From the NCBI GenBank assembly GCA_963674965.2, contig CAXXFL010000007.1:864001-928000 (forward strand): a stretch of DNA of 64,000 nucleotides, written 5' to 3'. The notes beneath the pieces were generated by a model, which saw only the letters and a program-made list of their open reading frames with translations, made no database searches and was not told the DNA's origin. Positions 10,096-20,485 of the stretch are shown here, in pieces. Numbering within the stretch: position 1 is the first letter of the stretch; each line of letters opens with the position of its first letter. The position numbers and the translations under genes are program-made. The stretch is from a bacterium (GTDB lineage Bacteria; RBG-13-61-14; DATKZS01).

Positions 10096-12156
10096 ATGGA
10101 AACGACCGAGACGGTAAAGGGAAACGGAACGAAGCTTTTAATGGTCGACGATGAGGACCAGTTCAGGAAGGCCCTGGTCAAGCAGTTGTCGGTGCGCGGC
10201 TACAGGATCATGGACGTGGCCAGCGGCGAGGACGCGATCAAGATGGTGCGCCACGAGAACCCCGAGGTGGTCATTCTCGACCAGAAGATGCCCGGCATGG
10301 ACGGCATCCAGACCCTGAAGGAAATAAAAAAGATCAGCCCCGAGGTGCAGGTGATCATGCTCACCGGCCACGGCAGCACCGAGAGCGCCCGCCTGACGGG
10401 CAAGCACGACGTGTTCTATTACCTCGAGAAGCCCTGCGGCCTGGACGAGCTTATCGGGGTCATCGAGGCGGCCAAACAGGAGCGCGTTTACGCCATGGCC
10501 AGGAATGAAATCCCCGAGGTCAAGAAATCCAGCCTCAAGACCTGGCTGATAGGGGCCCATAACGCCCGTCCCGGTCTCATCCTGCTGGGCGTGATCCTTT
10601 TCACCGCCATTACCCTAATGCCCGTGCCGGACGGACTCACGAGGTTTCTTACGACGGAAAAGACGGGACAGGCGGGCGAACCCATAGCCGGATACTCGAG
10701 CTACAGAAAGATGAAGCCGGGCCAGACCATACCCGTCTACTATTCCGAGTCCGTTGGCGTTTACAACAAAACCAAGGCCCCAGACGGGACCGCGAAGAAA
10801 ACGCCCCTTACGCCCGCGCAGACCGCCTTCCGGGCCAAGGTCATGGTGGGCATACTGGTGGCGGCGGCCCTTTTCTGGGCCACCGGGGCCATGCCCGTCG
10901 GCATGACCGCCCTCCTGGTGGGGGCGCTGATGTACTTCTTCGGCGTGCTTCCGCCCGAGGAGGTGGCCAAGTCCTACGCCAAGGACTCGGTCATCTTCAT
11001 CTTCGGCGTGCTGGCCATGTCCGTGGCCATCAGCAAAACCGGACTCGACCGGCGGATCGGCATAGTGCTTCTCGGGACCAGCACCTCCCTCGCCAAGTTC
11101 TGCTTTATCTTCGCTCCTTTATTGGCCGTCACCGCGTCTTTCCTTTCCGAGCACGCCCTGGTCGCCTTCCTGGCCCCGATACTGATGCTCGTTTATATGG
11201 CCGCCATCAAGAACTCGAGCCTGAAACAGGACCGGGCCCTGGTGGTGATGCTTATGCTCATGCTCACCTTCTGCGCCAACATCGGGGGACCGGGATCGCC
11301 GGCGGCGGGGGGAAGGAACGCGGTCATGATCGGCATACTCTCCGATTACGGACTGGCCCCCACCTTCGGGAAGTGGGTCCAGATGGGCCTGCCCTTCGTG
11401 CCCGTCATGGCCCTGGTCATAGCCGGATACTTCTACGTGGCATTTAAAGGCCGGATCAAAATCAAAAACCTCGACGTGGCCGCCGAGGTGAGAAGGGAAT
11501 CGGAGAAGATCGGAAAGATGACCCCCGACGAGTACAAGGCCGCCGGGGTATTGGTGCTGCTTATAATCTTGTGGTCGACCCTCTCCAGCAGGTTCGGCAT
11601 GGGCGGGCCGGTCATCCTCTGCCTTATCCTTCTCAACGTCATGGGCATCATGACCTGGAAGGACGTCAACTCGATCCACTGGGACGTGGTCGCCCTCTAC
11701 GCCGCCGCCAGCGCCATGGGCTACGGCCTGGCCTCCACCGGCGCGGCCCTGTGGCTGGCGGACGGACTGGTCGGTACCCTTCCCGGCTTCCTCAAGGCGG
11801 GGACCGGACTTTGCATCTCGACCAGCCTTATCACCGGCATACTCACGAACTTCATGAGCGACGGCGCCACCGTCGCCGCGGTGGGTCCAATCACCGTCCC
11901 GATGGCCACCTTGTCGGGCACGCCTCCACTCATGGTGGGCCTGGCCACGGCCTTCTCGAGTTCCTTCGCCCACATGCTGATCATCGGGACGCCCAACAAC
12001 GCCATCGTCTACAGTCTGGCCCGCGACTCGGAAACGGGCGAACAACTGGTCACCATGAAGGACTTCTTCATCCACGGCTCGGTGGTGCTGGTCCTTAGCT
12101 TCGCCGTGCTGTGGGGCTGGGTCTTCCTGGGCTACTGGAAATGGATGGGACTGTAG
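10096..12156 (+). CDS. Receiver domain fused to SLC13/DASS-family anion transporter
   Basis: N-terminal VDDE...LDQKMPGMDG...LTGHG...EKP, followed by a multi-TM region with SFLSEHA, GSPAAGGRN, NFMSDGA and GTPNNAIVY. Confidence 0.88.
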   Translation: METTETVKGNGTKLLMVDDEDQFRKALVKQLSVRGYRIMDVASGEDAIKMVRHENPEVVILDQKMPGMDGIQTLKEIKKISPEVQVIMLTGHGSTESARLTGKHDVFYYLEKPCGLDELIGVIEAAKQERVYAMARNEIPEVKKSSLKTWLIGAHNARPGLILLGVILFTAITLMPVPDGLTRFLTTEKTGQAGEPIAGYSSYRKMKPGQTIPVYYSESVGVYNKTKAPDGTAKKTPLTPAQTAFRAKVMVGILVAAALFWATGAMPVGMTALLVGALMYFFGVLPPEEVAKSYAKDSVIFIFGVLAMSVAISKTGLDRRIGIVLLGTSTSLAKFCFIFAPLLAVTASFLSEHALVAFLAPILMLVYMAAIKNSSLKQDRALVVMLMLMLTFCANIGGPGSPAAGGRNAVMIGILSDYGLAPTFGKWVQMGLPFVPVMALVIAGYFYVAFKGRIKIKNLDVAAEVRRESEKIGKMTPDEYKAAGVLVLLIILWSTLSSRFGMGGPVILCLILLNVMGIMTWKDVNSIHWDVVALYAAASAMGYGLASTGAALWLADGLVGTLPGFLKAGTGLCISTSLITGILTNFMSDGATVAAVGPITVPMATLSGTPPLMVGLATAFSSSFAHMLIIGTPNNAIVYSLARDSETGEQLVTMKDFFIHGSVVLVLSFAVLWGWVFLGYWKWMGL

Positions 12157-12184
12157 AGGCGGATGGAGAAGGGAGGAAATAGAA

Positions 12185-12406
12185 ATGAAATGCCCATTTC
12201 TGGTCGGAAAAAACACCAGGATATGCACGGCCGTCAGGATGATCATCGCCCCGTCGAACGAGGACCTTGACGCCTACTGCATGAAGGAGACCTACAAGGA
12301 CTGCCCCCTTTACGAGGCCTATATGAAAAGCGGGCACAAGCTCAACATGAGGGAGTACTGCGAGATCGACTTTCGGCACGAGAAGACGAGGCACGCGGAC
12401 TATTAG
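12185..12406 (+). CDS. Small 4-Cys hypothetical protein (possible metal binding)
   Basis: MKCPFL...C...C...CPLY spacing; gggagg RBS; lies within the operon. Confidence 0.65.
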   Translation: MKCPFLVGKNTRICTAVRMIIAPSNEDLDAYCMKETYKDCPLYEAYMKSGHKLNMREYCEIDFRHEKTRHADY

Positions 12407-12499
12407 ATTAGTCGCCCTTCCCTCAGGGGAGTGGCTGGTAAGTGAAACAAGAGACTGGGCCGGGGTCCGCCTCGGGCAGTGGGAGGAAAGGACGTCCAA

Positions 12500-12985
12500 A
12501 TGGAAAAGAAAAAGATAAACCTGCTTTTAGTTGACGACGAGGAGCAGTTCCTCAAGTCCATGACCAAAAGGCTCGAGGTCAGGGACTTTAACGTCATCGC
12601 CGTGAACCGGGGGGAGAAAGCCCTCGAGGCCGCGAGGGAGAACCCGATAGACGTGGCCCTGGTGGACCTCAAGATGCCCGGCATGGACGGCGAAAAGACC
12701 CTCGAGGCCCTGAAGAAGGAGCACAAGTGGATGGAGATAATCATCCTTACGGGCCACGGCTCGGTGGACAGCGCGGTGGACCTTACCAAGAAGGGCGCCT
12801 ACTTATACCTCCAGAAGCCGTGCGAGCTCGACAAGCTGCTCGAGGCCCTGATGGAGGCCTACAAGAAAAAGGTCATGAACAAGAACCAGATTCTTGAGGA
12901 CAAGATGGACAAGCTCCTGGACATATCCCTGGGCAACTCGCCGCTGGCCATACTCGAGAAGCTAAGGGAACTGGACGCCAAATAA
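12500..12985 (+). CDS. Response regulator receiver protein with helical C-terminal extension
   Basis: LVDDE, VDLKMPGMDG, LTGHG and QKP motifs. Confidence 0.9.
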   Translation: MEKKKINLLLVDDEEQFLKSMTKRLEVRDFNVIAVNRGEKALEAARENPIDVALVDLKMPGMDGEKTLEALKKEHKWMEIIILTGHGSVDSAVDLTKKGAYLYLQKPCELDKLLEALMEAYKKKVMNKNQILEDKMDKLLDISLGNSPLAILEKLRELDAK

Positions 12986-13000
12986 GGGGGTACCGGGGCC

Positions 13001-14692
13001 ATGGAACAGGATCGTTTCAAGAAAACCAGGCGCATGATACTGGTCCGAGCGCTCCTGCCGGCCTTCGCGGTGCTGATGCTGGTTTGCACGACCCTGGTCT
13101 ACTACTTCGGGATTTACTCCAGGGACAGGGTGAAGGCGGAAATGGAGACCGTCGTGAGGGGACACCTTCAGATCATCGACCGGTTCCTCGAGGAAAGGGC
13201 CGCGGATTTGAGGCTGACCTCGGCCTCCTACGACGCGGCCTATTTGAGCGAGGACAAGAACCTGGCCAGGGTCCTCAGGAACCTCCAGGCCGGGTCCAAC
13301 GCCTTCTTCGACGTGGGCGTCTTCGACAAGGACGGCAACCATCTGGCCTACGTGGGGCCCTACGACCTGGCGGGCAAGAAATACTCCGACGCCCCCTGGT
13401 GGAAGGCCGTCAAGGAAAAAGGCATCTACGTGTCCGACGTTTTCCTCGGGTTCCGCAACATTCCCCATTTCATTGTCGCCGTCCGGGGGGGGAGCCCCGA
13501 GGAGCCATGGTATTTAAGGGCCACCATAGACTCGATGGCCTTTAACGACCTGGTCGAGAGCGTCAGGATAGGGAAAACCGGCGAGGCCTACCTCGTAAGC
13601 AAGGGCGGGCTCTTCCAGACCAAGCGGCGCTCGGGCGGCAACCTCATGGACCCGGACCCCGACTTCGAGAAATACGAGTCCGGGAGCAACCGGATCGAGA
13701 CCTTTACCGCCGTGAGCGCCTCGGGCGACAAGTTCCTCTTCGCCACCGGCGAGCTTAAGATGGCCGACCTCGTCCTCGTGGTAAGGCAGGAAACCGACGA
13801 GGCCTACGCGCCCGTGGTCGGCGCCGTGACCGTAGCCTCGGCGATTATACTTGGCGGCGGCGGCCTGGTGGCGGTCCTCTCTTATATCCTGGCCTCTTAC
13901 CTGGCCGGACAGCTAAGCACGGCCGAGCGGGAAAACCGGCAAATGAGGACCCAGCTCATCATCGCCGGCAAACTGGCCGAGCTGGGAGAGATGAGCGCCG
14001 GCGTGGCCCACGAGATCAACAACCCCCTCCAGGTCATGAAGTCGGAGCACACGCTTATCAGCGACCTTTTGTCCGACGCCGAGGAGGAGGGAGGGCATAT
14101 CGACGCGGACCACCTGGCCATCATCAAGGACTCGGTGGACCAGATCGCCCTCCAGATAGACAGGTGCAAGAACATAACCCAGGGCCTTTTGAGGTTCGCC
14201 CGCAAAAGCGAGTCCTCCATGGAGGCCGTGAGCATACAGGGCTTTTTGCCCACCGTGGTGGACATGGTCGAGCATCAGGCCTTCCTTTCAAATATTAAGA
14301 TCATCCAGGAACTCGATCCCGACCTTCCCTCCGTGATGAGCGACCCCAACCAGCTTCAGCAGGTTTTTCTCAACCTCCTGAACAACGCCATCCACGCCAT
14401 CGACGGCCGTCAAAGCGGGGAGGTCCGGATACGGGCGGGCCGGGAGAACTCTCATCTCAAGATTTCCGTCACCGACAACGGCTGCGGCATAAAGCCGGAG
14501 GACATGGAAAAGATATTCCTGCCCTTCTTCACCACCAAGCCGGTCGGGCAGGGGACGGGCCTGGGTCTTTCCACCGCCTACGGGATAGTCAAGGGGCTGG
14601 GGGGAGAGATCGACGTAACCAGTGAATTGAACGCGGGAACCGTTTTCACCGTCACGCTTCCCATCGAGGCCGGCGAAAGGGCCGGCGGGTAA
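13001..14692 (+). CDS. Cache-domain sensor histidine kinase (paralog of 8382-10079)
   Basis: [29 protein letters not shown] and [15 protein letters not shown]. Confidence 0.93.
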   Translation: MEQDRFKKTRRMILVRALLPAFAVLMLVCTTLVYYFGIYSRDRVKAEMETVVRGHLQIIDRFLEERAADLRLTSASYDAAYLSEDKNLARVLRNLQAGSNAFFDVGVFDKDGNHLAYVGPYDLAGKKYSDAPWWKAVKEKGIYVSDVFLGFRNIPHFIVAVRGGSPEEPWYLRATIDSMAFNDLVESVRIGKTGEAYLVSKGGLFQTKRRSGGNLMDPDPDFEKYESGSNRIETFTAVSASGDKFLFATGELKMADLVLVVRQETDEAYAPVVGAVTVASAIILGGGGLVAVLSYILASYLAGQLSTAERENRQMRTQLIIAGKLAELGEMSAGVAHEINNPLQVMKSEHTLISDLLSDAEEEGGHIDADHLAIIKDSVDQIALQIDRCKNITQGLLRFARKSESSMEAVSIQGFLPTVVDMVEHQAFLSNIKIIQELDPDLPSVMSDPNQLQQVFLNLLNNAIHAIDGRQSGEVRIRAGRENSHLKISVTDNGCGIKPEDMEKIFLPFFTTKPVGQGTGLGLSTAYGIVKGLGGEIDVTSELNAGTVFTVTLPIEAGERAGG

Positions 14693-14714
14693 CAAACGAG
14701 GAGGTCCAAGAAAA

Positions 14715-15167
14715 ATGGATACTGTCAAGGTGCTGCTTATAGACGACGAGGAGAGGTTCCTGGCCACGACCAAGACCCTCCTGGACAAAAGAGGAGTCAA
14801 GACCTTTACCGCCTCGAACGGCGTTTTCGCCCTCAAGCTCCTGGAGGACAACGCCATCGACGTGGTGGTCCTGGACGTTAAAATGCCCGGCCTGGACGGG
14901 ATCGAGGTCCTGAGAAAAATCAAGCAAAGGTTCCCCCTCGTCGAGGTGCTTATGCTCACGGGGCACGCCTCGGTCAAGTCGGCGGTCGAGGGACTGAGGC
15001 TCGGGGCCTTCGACTACCTGGTCAAGCCCTGCGACGTCTCGGACCTCCTGGACAAGATCAACGAGGCCCACGAGAAGAGGGCCGCCGTCGAGGCCAAAAT
15101 ACAAAAGGCCAAAATCGAGGACATCATCAGCCATCCTCTCGCCGTGTTCGATAAAAAGAACAACTGA
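14715..15167 (+). CDS. Response regulator receiver protein
   Basis: IDDE, LDVKMPGLDG, LTGHA and VKP motifs. Confidence 0.92.
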   Translation: MDTVKVLLIDDEERFLATTKTLLDKRGVKTFTASNGVFALKLLEDNAIDVVVLDVKMPGLDGIEVLRKIKQRFPLVEVLMLTGHASVKSAVEGLRLGAFDYLVKPCDVSDLLDKINEAHEKRAAVEAKIQKAKIEDIISHPLAVFDKKNN

Positions 15168-15196
15168 CCCCGGACCGAGCGGAAGGAGTAAAAAAA

Positions 15197-17044
15197 ATGA
15201 GCAGCGCGAAAAAGAAAGCGACCGGTTACGATAAGTACATCGACTGGAAGGTCTTCTTTATCCCCGTGGCCATCCTGGTGATAATGCTTGTAATGCCGCC
15301 CACCAGGGGAATGAAGGACGTGGGCACCGAGTACGCCCTGGGCGAGGTCTCCGTGGTCGATCACCTGGCCAGGAAGATATTCTCCAGGCCGTCCAACGAG
15401 CTTGACCAATGGCAGCTTCTCACGGTGAACATGATGGAGAAGTCCACCCGGGTGGGTTCCTATACCAAGGACCGTTTCCTTAAGAGGGACGCCAAGTGGT
15501 GCAAGACCCAGGGCATAAGGGTCGACTCCAAGAACCTCGAGAAGACCCTCGCCTTCGTCGAGGGCATGGACGCGGACTCCTTCAAGCTGGAGCTGGAGGA
15601 GGCCGCCAAGGTCAGGGGCCAGGTGCTGAGTTACGACGAGCTCTCCGACTCGGCCAGGGCCAAGGCCGACAAGGGAATATGGCAATTGAAGGTGGCCCTG
15701 GCCATGATGGTCTTCGTGGTCATCTGCTTCGTCACCGGCTGCATTCCTCTTCCGGCGGTGGCCTTTTGCATAGGGCTTCTGCTGGTGTTCACGGGAGTAG
15801 TGGGAAGGTCCGAGGTGGCGTCCCTTTACTGGAGCGACGCCTGCTGGTTCATCATGGGAAGCCTCATGTTCGCGGCCGCCTTCGTCAAGACGGGCGTGGA
15901 CCGGAGGATTTGCCTTTTCCTCTTCGACAAGCTGGCCAAGCCCAGCGTGGGGGCCGTCACCCTGGTGCTGATCGCGGTGATCGCGCCCCTGGCCGCCTTT
16001 ATCTCGGACCACGCCCTGGCCGCCATCTTCCTTCCCATCGCCATCATTCTCCACCGGGGAAGCCAGGTCGAGGGGAAGCCGCTGGACATGGAACTTGGCA
16101 AGATGCTGGTGATCACCGTGGCCATGGCCTGCAACATCGGCGGGTTCGGCTCCCCCAGCGGGGGCGCCAGGAACGTTATCATGATGGGCTATCTTAACGA
16201 CATGTTCGGCATGGACATAGGCTACCTTTCCTGGATCACCTACGCCTTCCCCTTCGTGCTGATCATGATGCCCCTTACCTGGCTTCTGCTGCAGATGCGC
16301 TTCAAGCCCGAGACAAGGGACCTGTCCGCCGCCATGCAGTACCTTAAAGAGGACATCCATAAAATGGGCAAATGGAGCTCCAAGCAGATCGTCGCCATCG
16401 TCATATTCGTCATCATGGTCTGGCTCTGGTTCACGGAGAAGGGCTTCTACGACCTGGGCATATACCCGGTCCGCCTCGGGATCGGCGTGGTGGCCGTGGC
16501 CGGGGCGGTGGCCTATATCCTGACGGGGGTGGTCAACTGGCGCGACTACCAGGAGCGGGTGGACTGGGGCGTGGTCTGGCTCTACGCGGGCGCCATCATC
16601 TTCGGCAAGGCGCTTGACGACACGGGCGCGGCCTACTACCTGGCGCGCACGGCGATCGACGCCCTCTCGCCCCTCGGGTTCGACAGCGGCATCCCGCTCC
16701 TGGGCGTGGCCAGCGTGCTGACGGGGCTTCTGACGCAGATCATGGCCGACGGACCGGCGGCGGCCAGCGTGGGGCCCATTACCCTGAACATGATCGGCAT
16801 CGCCCATCCCGGCTCGGCCATGCTGCCCTTCATAGCCATGGCCACGGCCTGCGCCTCCAGCTTCGCCTATTGCCTTATCATCGGGACCCCTCCCAACGCC
16901 ATCGTGTACGCCTCGGGGTACCTCGAGCCCAAGGACTACCTGAGGGTGGGAATACCTCTTTGGATCGTGGCCAACGTGGTCCTTCTTGCCCTGATCAAGC
17001 TGTTCTGGATGGTGAGGGGATTCACCGGACTGCCATTAATGTAA
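15197..17044 (+). CDS. SLC13/DASS-family anion transporter with large soluble insertion
   Basis: AFISDHA, GSPSGGARN, QIMADGP and GTPPNAIVY motifs; many TMs. Confidence 0.9.
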   Translation: MSSAKKKATGYDKYIDWKVFFIPVAILVIMLVMPPTRGMKDVGTEYALGEVSVVDHLARKIFSRPSNELDQWQLLTVNMMEKSTRVGSYTKDRFLKRDAKWCKTQGIRVDSKNLEKTLAFVEGMDADSFKLELEEAAKVRGQVLSYDELSDSARAKADKGIWQLKVALAMMVFVVICFVTGCIPLPAVAFCIGLLLVFTGVVGRSEVASLYWSDACWFIMGSLMFAAAFVKTGVDRRICLFLFDKLAKPSVGAVTLVLIAVIAPLAAFISDHALAAIFLPIAIILHRGSQVEGKPLDMELGKMLVITVAMACNIGGFGSPSGGARNVIMMGYLNDMFGMDIGYLSWITYAFPFVLIMMPLTWLLLQMRFKPETRDLSAAMQYLKEDIHKMGKWSSKQIVAIVIFVIMVWLWFTEKGFYDLGIYPVRLGIGVVAVAGAVAYILTGVVNWRDYQERVDWGVVWLYAGAIIFGKALDDTGAAYYLARTAIDALSPLGFDSGIPLLGVASVLTGLLTQIMADGPAAASVGPITLNMIGIAHPGSAMLPFIAMATACASSFAYCLIIGTPPNAIVYASGYLEPKDYLRVGIPLWIVANVVLLALIKLFWMVRGFTGLPLM

Positions 17045-17057
17045 AGGGGAGAACGTC

Positions 17058-17975
17058 ATGAACAATAACTTGAAAGTGCTGATAGTGGACGACGAGGAAA
17101 GGTTCAGGAAGACCACGGCCCTTGTGCTCGAGCGCGGGGGGTTCGAGGTGGTGACGGCCATGAACGGGGAGGAGGCGGTCGAGAAGGTCAGGAAGAGCGA
17201 CTTCGACGTCATCATCCTCGACGTTAAGATGCCCAAGATGGACGGCAACGAGGCGCTCAAGGAAATAAGGAAGATCAAGCCCGAGGCCGCGGTGATCATG
17301 CTTACCGGGCACGGCACTCCCGAGTCGGCCCTCGAGGGCCTGATGGACGGGGTGTACGATTACCTGACCAAGCCGTGCTCGATCGACGTTCTCGCCAAGA
17401 AGATCAAGGAGGCCGCGGGCAACAAGGACCTTTTAAAGCACAAGGAGCCCAAGGTCAGGCACATCATGGTCCCCCTCACCACCTTCAGCCACATCGAGGA
17501 GCACAGGACCGTGGCCGAGGCGATCGAGGAGATATTCAATTCCTTCTCGAGGACGGTGATGACCAACACGGTCCACGAGACGGTCCACCGTTCCATCCTG
17601 GTCATGGACGTCAGGGACAACGTGACCGGGATCGTGACCTTTACCGACCTTCTCGAGAACATGATGCCCGATTACCTCAAGATACTGGGGGAGAGGACGC
17701 ATCTTTTGGACTCCCCCTTCATGAGCACGCCCAACTTCTCGGGCATGTTCACGCTCATGGCCAGGGACCTGGCCAAGAAAACGGTCAAGGACGTCATGAG
17801 CGACGCGCCGCCGACCATCGACGTCGAGGCCAACCTGATGGAGGCCGCCAGCCGTCTTCTCAGCCTCAACGTAAGGAGGCTGTTGGTCATGGACGGGGGC
17901 AAGGTGGTGGGGGTGGTGCGCGAGCAGGACCTTTTCTTCGAGATGACCAACATCATCCGGCTGGAGAGAAAATGA
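17058..17975 (+). CDS. Response regulator with C-terminal CBS pair
   Basis: REC domain, then KVRHIMVP... and VKDVMS...VRRLLVMDGGKVVGVV..DL CBS repeats. Confidence 0.88.
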   Translation: MNNNLKVLIVDDEERFRKTTALVLERGGFEVVTAMNGEEAVEKVRKSDFDVIILDVKMPKMDGNEALKEIRKIKPEAAVIMLTGHGTPESALEGLMDGVYDYLTKPCSIDVLAKKIKEAAGNKDLLKHKEPKVRHIMVPLTTFSHIEEHRTVAEAIEEIFNSFSRTVMTNTVHETVHRSILVMDVRDNVTGIVTFTDLLENMMPDYLKILGERTHLLDSPFMSTPNFSGMFTLMARDLAKKTVKDVMSDAPPTIDVEANLMEAASRLLSLNVRRLLVMDGGKVVGVVREQDLFFEMTNIIRLERK

Positions 17976-18019
17976 GTTAACCGCGGTTTTATTGGCCGCC
18001 GCGCAAAGAGGAGGACGGC

Positions 18020-19192
18020 ATGGCAAGGGTCCAGTTTATCGTGATGGCGGGGGGCAAGGGCGAAAGACTCAGGCCGCTCACCGAGGGAAGACCGAAGCCG
18101 CTGGTGAGGTTCGGGTCGTCGGGAAGAATCATCGACTTCACCTTGTGCAACTGCCTGTCCTCGGGGGAGGGCAAGGTTTCCGTGCTGACCCAGTACCTCT
18201 CGGACAAGATCGAGGGATACCTGTTTTCAAGATGGAGAAAGGCCTTCGCCGGCAGGGGCATGGACCTGGAGATACTCCCGGCCGAGCTGTCCATCAAGGG
18301 CGCCTACCTGGGAACGGCAGACGCGGTGTACCAGGCCCTTGCGCTGAAGGAACAAAAGCCGGACTACGTGGTCGTGCTCGCCGGCGACCACGTCTATCAG
18401 ATGGATTACTCTCCCATGCTGGAGGACCATATCAAGTCCGGGGCGGCGGCCACGGTGGGCGCGGTCGAGTGCGAGAGGGAAGACGCGAGCAGGTTTGGAA
18501 TAATAGTAACGGACGGCGATGGCCGCGTTACAAGGTTCGTGGAGAAGCCCCGAAGCCTGACCGGCGTAATTCCTCCCGGCCGGCTTCCCCTGGCTTCCAT
18601 GGGGATTTACGCCTTCTCCGCGCCGGCGCTGATGACGTATCTCGAGGCCAACCAGGAGGAGTCGTCACACGACTTCGGGCACGACGTTCTGCCCGAGATG
18701 GTCGCCTCCGGCCGGGTCAGGGTCCACCGCTTCGTCGGAAAGGACGGCCAAAGCGGATACTGGCGCGACGTGGGAGACCTGGCCGGGTACTGGAAAACCA
18801 GCATCGAGATGCTCCGGGGAAAACGCCTGCTCTTCAACTATCAGGTCCTGCCGGACGACCCGCGTCCGCCCCTGAGCGACAACCACTTCGTCAAGCGCTA
18901 CGACCATAACGGAACGACCATAATCAACTCCATGATCTCGGACACGGCCCGTATAGGAAAGGCCACGATCGAGGAATCGATCATCGGGCCGGGGGTCCAG
19001 GTGCGGGACGGCGCGGCCCTTCGGCGCTCGGTCCTTTTGGACGGGGCGGACGTGGGCAAATGGGCCGAGCTCGAGGACGTGGTGGTCGAGCCCTACTCGA
19101 TAATATCCGCGGGTTACAAGTCCCGAGGATGGTCGGCGGAGGGAGTCGCGACGCGCGGCGTTGACGGACGAATCCATCACGTCGCGGCCTGA
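18020..19192 (+). CDS. glgC: Glucose-1-phosphate adenylyltransferase-like protein
   Basis: MAGGKGERLRPLT, LAGDHVYQMDY, FVEKP, ASMGIY, HDFG and YWRDVG; C-terminal hexapeptide repeats. Looks divergent. Confidence 0.75.
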   Translation: MARVQFIVMAGGKGERLRPLTEGRPKPLVRFGSSGRIIDFTLCNCLSSGEGKVSVLTQYLSDKIEGYLFSRWRKAFAGRGMDLEILPAELSIKGAYLGTADAVYQALALKEQKPDYVVVLAGDHVYQMDYSPMLEDHIKSGAAATVGAVECEREDASRFGIIVTDGDGRVTRFVEKPRSLTGVIPPGRLPLASMGIYAFSAPALMTYLEANQEESSHDFGHDVLPEMVASGRVRVHRFVGKDGQSGYWRDVGDLAGYWKTSIEMLRGKRLLFNYQVLPDDPRPPLSDNHFVKRYDHNGTTIINSMISDTARIGKATIEESIIGPGVQVRDGAALRRSVLLDGADVGKWAELEDVVVEPYSIISAGYKSRGWSAEGVATRGVDGRIHHVAA

Positions 19193-19361
19193 GTCATTAT
19201 CCGGACGGCGCAGCGGGGCGGGCGACGGTTTGACGCCGTTCCCCGCCCCTTGATATTTACTCTTTTCCTTCCTCGGCCATTGATGGAAGACGGCGATGGT
19301 GATACGATGGACCCGTAGTTTCCGATGTAAGGCGACCTCAAGACATAGGGAGGAAATTCGC

Positions 19362-19796
19362 ATGGTCGACAAGAAATCCCTCACGGCTTACTGCGGTCTT
19401 GACTGTTTCAACTGCGAGCTTTACAAGGACAACCTGACCGACCGTCTGGCCCGGGTCATCGCCGAGAAGATGGGGGTCAAGGTCCAGGACGTTCCCTGTC
19501 CGGGATGCCGCCGGATGGAGGGAGTGCATTTTCACCTGACGGGCAAGGGATGCGACAACTTCAACTGCGCGAGAAAAAAGGGGGTCGAGCTTTGCTCCGA
19601 CTGCGACGAGTTTCCCTGCGCCCTCCTCGCTCCCCTGGCCGACCAGGCCTCCCGATATCCCCACAACATGAAGCTTTACAACCTTTGCCGGATAAAGCTC
19701 ATCGGGCTGGACCGGTGGATCGAGGAGGAGGCGGGCGAAATCCGGAAACGCTATTTCAACCATCCCTTCGTGGTGGGAAAAGGCCAAGCGGATTGA
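19362..19796 (+). CDS. DUF3795-like Cys-rich protein
   Basis: YCGLDCFNC, CPGC and CARKKGVELCSDCDEFPC motifs; RBS gggagg. Confidence 0.8.
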   Translation: MVDKKSLTAYCGLDCFNCELYKDNLTDRLARVIAEKMGVKVQDVPCPGCRRMEGVHFHLTGKGCDNFNCARKKGVELCSDCDEFPCALLAPLADQASRYPHNMKLYNLCRIKLIGLDRWIEEEAGEIRKRYFNHPFVVGKGQAD

Positions 19797-19856
19797 TATT
19801 CTTCCCCCGCCTCGGCGCGGCCTCGCCAATGAGGCGCGGACTCGAAAGGAGTTTTC

Positions 19857-20240
19857 ATGTCTTCCCCCTATGACGCCATGGTGCTTTTAGTCCACGGCAG
19901 CCGCGACCCCGCCTGGATGGAGCCGTTTAAAAATCTTCGCGACGAGGTGGCCCAGGCGTCGGGAGACGCGCGCGTCGCGCTGGCCTGTCTTTCCTTTTGC
20001 CGGCCCGATCTTGGCGAATGCCTCGAGTCCCTCGCGTCCTCCGGGGCCTCGCGGGTCCTGGTGGTCCCCGTGTTCATTTCGGCCCTGGGCCACGTTTTAA
20101 AGGACGTTCCCGAGGCGGTAAGAAAAACCAGGGAGTCTTTTCCCTCGATCACGATCGAGGTGTCGCCGGCCCTTGGCGAGTCGTCCGAGGTCCGGGAGGC
20201 CTTCAAGGAGGCGCTCGTTCGACTCCGCCTGGGTCCCTGA
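19857..20240 (+). CDS. CbiX/SirB-family small chelatase
   Basis: VHGSRDP and VPVFISALGHVLKDVP motifs. Confidence 0.85.
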   Translation: MSSPYDAMVLLVHGSRDPAWMEPFKNLRDEVAQASGDARVALACLSFCRPDLGECLESLASSGASRVLVVPVFISALGHVLKDVPEAVRKTRESFPSITIEVSPALGESSEVREAFKEALVRLRLGP

Positions 20241-20485
20241 TCGCGCTTTTACCTCGATACTCCACGCCGCGATATTGCCCGCCGTGGATGGCCGCTCGCT
20301 CTCTGTTGAAAAAGGACGCGGTTTATGATAAATAATTGTATTTAATTTTCTTCATTTAAGCGAGGGTTTTTACAGGTCATATCCTGGGGATTCGAATTCC
20401 GGGTTTACATATAAAGGGATAAAAAGGTAGTCCCGCCCGCGGGACGCGATACTATCGCAGTGAAAAAGTAAGGAGGTATTTTGGA

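Noticed and set aside
20241-20485. THF or ZTP riboswitch upstream of fhs (also checked upstream of folD)
   Set aside because: Only short hairpins are visible and no recognisable aptamer consensus; needs cmscan to exclude fully.
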